Shown one piece after another: positions 62,192 to 64,000 of a stretch of 64,000 bases of DNA. The stretch is from Gammaproteobacteria bacterium (lineage in GTDB: Bacteria; Pseudomonadota; Gammaproteobacteria; Ga0077536): the NCBI GenBank assembly GCA_024235015.1, contig JACKNG010000003.1:280397-344396 (forward strand). The letters run 5' to 3'. The position numbers were made by a program, and so were the translations under genes. The notes under the pieces are model-generated. The model did not search any database, was not told the DNA's origin, and worked only from the letters and a program-made list of their open reading frames with translations. The first letter of the stretch is position 1. Each line of letters opens with the position of its first letter.

Positions 62192-62608
62192 ATGAACACC
62201 AGGCTCGTATCCATCGCGCTGCTCGGCACGCTCCTCACCACCCCCGTCGCGTCGCCGGCCGCGCAGCTCACGCCCGACGCCACCCTCGCCCGCCATGTTG
62301 CGCTGGAAGCCGAGTATCGACCCGCAGGCGAGGTGCGCGGCACCCTGACCAACATCGGCGAGCAAGCGCTCGGTGGCATCGTCCTGCTGGTCCGCCACGG
62401 CTGGTTGTGGCGCGACGAACTCCACCCCGGGCCGGACGACCCGTCGTGGGCCGATTACGTGAGCGTCGACCAGCGTCTCGAACCCGGCGCCTCGACGACC
62501 TTCGTCTATCGCCCGGCAACGCCGCCGCCAGTGCGCGACGACGGCCGCTTCACGCGCGACGTCGAGGTGGTCGGTGCCACGGTCTACCGTTACGCTGACC
62601 CGCGCTGA
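62192..62608 (+). CDS. secreted hypothetical protein
   Basis: Signal peptide MNTRLVSIALLGTLLTTPVASPAAQ; no family recognised. Confidence 0.35.
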   Translation: MNTRLVSIALLGTLLTTPVASPAAQLTPDATLARHVALEAEYRPAGEVRGTLTNIGEQALGGIVLLVRHGWLWRDELHPGPDDPSWADYVSVDQRLEPGASTTFVYRPATPPPVRDDGRFTRDVEVVGATVYRYADPR

Positions 62609-62656
62609 GCCCCACGGCCCCCGGGGCACGCCCCCGGGGGACGACTCGCCGCCGCG

Positions 62657-63394
62657 TCACCGCGCGGCAGCCGCCGCCAGCACCCCGAGTTCAGGGTCGA
62701 CGAAGCCCGCCCAGATCATGCCGACCGCGACGTAGAGGATGACGCCGAGCCCGACCCAGGCGATCCAGCGGAAGCGTTCGATGTAGGCCGCGATGAGATT
62801 GGCGGCGATGCCCATCAGGGCCACCGACAGGGCGAGGCCGACGATGAGGATGCCCGGATGCTCACGCGCCGCGCCGGCCACGGCGAGCACGTTGTCGAGG
62901 CTCATGGAGACGTCGGCCAGCGCCACCGCCCAGGCCGCGCCGGCGAAGCTCTTGGCGGCGGCGAGACCGCTGTGCTGGTCGCCCGTGACCTCGGGTGAGC
63001 CCGGCGACTCGTCGCGCGCCGGGCGCAGTTCGCGGTACATGCGCCAGGCCACCCACAACAGCAGCAGGCCGCCAGCGAGGATCAGGCCGACCAGGCCCAT
63101 CAGCCAGCTCACCCCGAGTGCGAAGACCACGCGCAGCACCAGCGCCGCGACCACGCCGATGGCGATGACCTTGTGCCGTTGCGCCGGCGGCAGGCCGGCG
63201 GCCAGCGCGCCGACCACGATGGCGTTGTCGCCGGCCAGCACGATGTCGATGAGGAGCACCTGGACGAAGGCGGCCAGGGTCGCCGGTGAGCCGAGGTTGG
63301 CGAAATCGGCGGCGATCGCCGACCACACGTCGCTGCCGGCGAAGCCAGCGGCGGCACCCGCGGACGCGGCGACGGCAAAAACAGCCGGGTTCAC
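62657..63394 (-). CDS. TerC/YjbE-family membrane protein
   Basis: Duplicated DN(A/V)(I/L)(V/A)V motifs (LAGDNAIVVGALAA and MSLDNVLAVAGAA) in a 7-TM protein. Confidence 0.7.
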   Translation of the reverse strand: MNPAVFAVAASAGAAAGFAGSDVWSAIAADFANLGSPATLAAFVQVLLIDIVLAGDNAIVVGALAAGLPPAQRHKVIAIGVVAALVLRVVFALGVSWLMGLVGLILAGGLLLLWVAWRMYRELRPARDESPGSPEVTGDQHSGLAAAKSFAGAAWAVALADVSMSLDNVLAVAGAAREHPGILIVGLALSVALMGIAANLIAAYIERFRWIAWVGLGVILYVAVGMIWAGFVDPELGVLAAAAAR

Positions 63395-63577
63395 GACCGC
63401 ACCGCGGGCGGCGACCGGAGAGCATCGGTGCGATGCTCGGCAAGGACTTCGGACATGCTCGGGAATGCTCTTCGGGACCGGGGCCGGGCACGCGACACGG
63501 CGCGTCGGCCGCGCGATCAGACGCCAAGACGGGCGACTTGTCGAGTCCCCGGCTTGCCGCGCGGGCCGGCGATGGGC

Positions 63578-64000
63578 TCAGCCTGCCGCGTCATTCCCCG
63601 CGGGCTGCGGAATGGGCGCCTCGTTCGGCACCACGAAGCCGCGTTGGACCGCCGGGCGGGCCGCGATCGCTCGGTACCAGCGCAACACGTGCGGGTAGGC
63701 GGCGAAGTCGACGCCCTGCCACTCGTAGCGGGCAATCCAGGGCCAGGTCGCGATGTCGGCCACGCTGTAATCGTCGCCGGCCAGGAAAGCATGTTCGCCC
63801 AGGCGGCGATCGAGCACGCCGTAGAGGCGCTCGGCCTCGCCGCGGTAGCGTTCGCGCGCGTACTCGGACTTGTCGGGATTGAAGTGCACGAAATGGTGCG
63901 CCTGGCCGAGCATCGGGCCGGCCCCGCCCATCTGCCACATCAGCCACTCGATGGTGCGCCAGCGCGCCACGCCGTCGGCCGGCAGGAAGCGACCGTGACG
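63578..64000 (-). CDS. glutathione S-transferase (YghU/Nu-class-like), N-terminus beyond window edge
   Basis: GST C-terminal domain (AGDDYSVADIATWPWIARYEWQGVDFAAYPHVLRWYRAIAARPAVQRG). The reading frame continues to the window end. Confidence 0.55.
   Translation of the reverse strand, partial: RHGRFLPADGVARWRTIEWLMWQMGGAGPMLGQAHHFVHFNPDKSEYARERYRGEAERLYGVLDRRLGEHAFLAGDDYSVADIATWPWIARYEWQGVDFAAYPHVLRWYRAIAARPAVQRGFVVPNEAPIPQPAGNDAAG

Overview
High-GC (about 68-70%) proteobacterial chromosomal segment that is densely coding and mostly metabolic. The main contents are listed below.

- **Amine dehydrogenase cluster (588-3952, + strand).** It encodes a tryptophan tryptophylquinone (TTQ)-type amine dehydrogenase: heavy chain, MauE-like, MauD-like and light chain, plus a small monoheme cytochrome c. 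mauF and mauG are absent from the window.
- **Two in-frame UGA (selenocysteine) candidates.** A PrdB/GrdB-family gene (4041-4916) and a Bcp/PrxQ peroxiredoxin (55652-56104) each carry an in-frame TGA exactly where the catalytic redox Cys/Sec sits in known family members. Each TGA is followed by a stem-loop resembling a SECIS (selenocysteine insertion sequence) element.
- **Nitrogen-scavenging supercluster (about 28.0-48.7 kb, all on the minus strand).** In order: formamidase fmdA-fmdB; a recombinase-domain-only ORF; a second complete urtABCDE-like amide/urea ABC transporter; an FmdC-like porin; urtABCDE; hupE/ureJ; ureDABCEFG.
- **Predicted sigma-54 control.** Three sigma-54-type -24/-12 promoters, each with a shared upstream motif, precede fmdA, the second urtA and the porin gene.
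- **Other genes.** Baeyer-Villiger monooxygenase with a convergent esterase, PEP carboxylase, fumarase C, a standalone molybdopterin oxidoreductase, a globin-coupled diguanylate cyclase, acetoacetyl-CoA synthetase, a class III nucleotidyl cyclase, a DUF1302/DUF1329 outer-membrane pair, RhlB helicase, Fe-SOD, thiolase and TerC.
- **Repeats.** A family of hairpin-forming extragenic repeats headed by GGGGACAG occurs at three loci.

No rRNA, tRNA, CRISPR array or clear prophage or IS element was seen.
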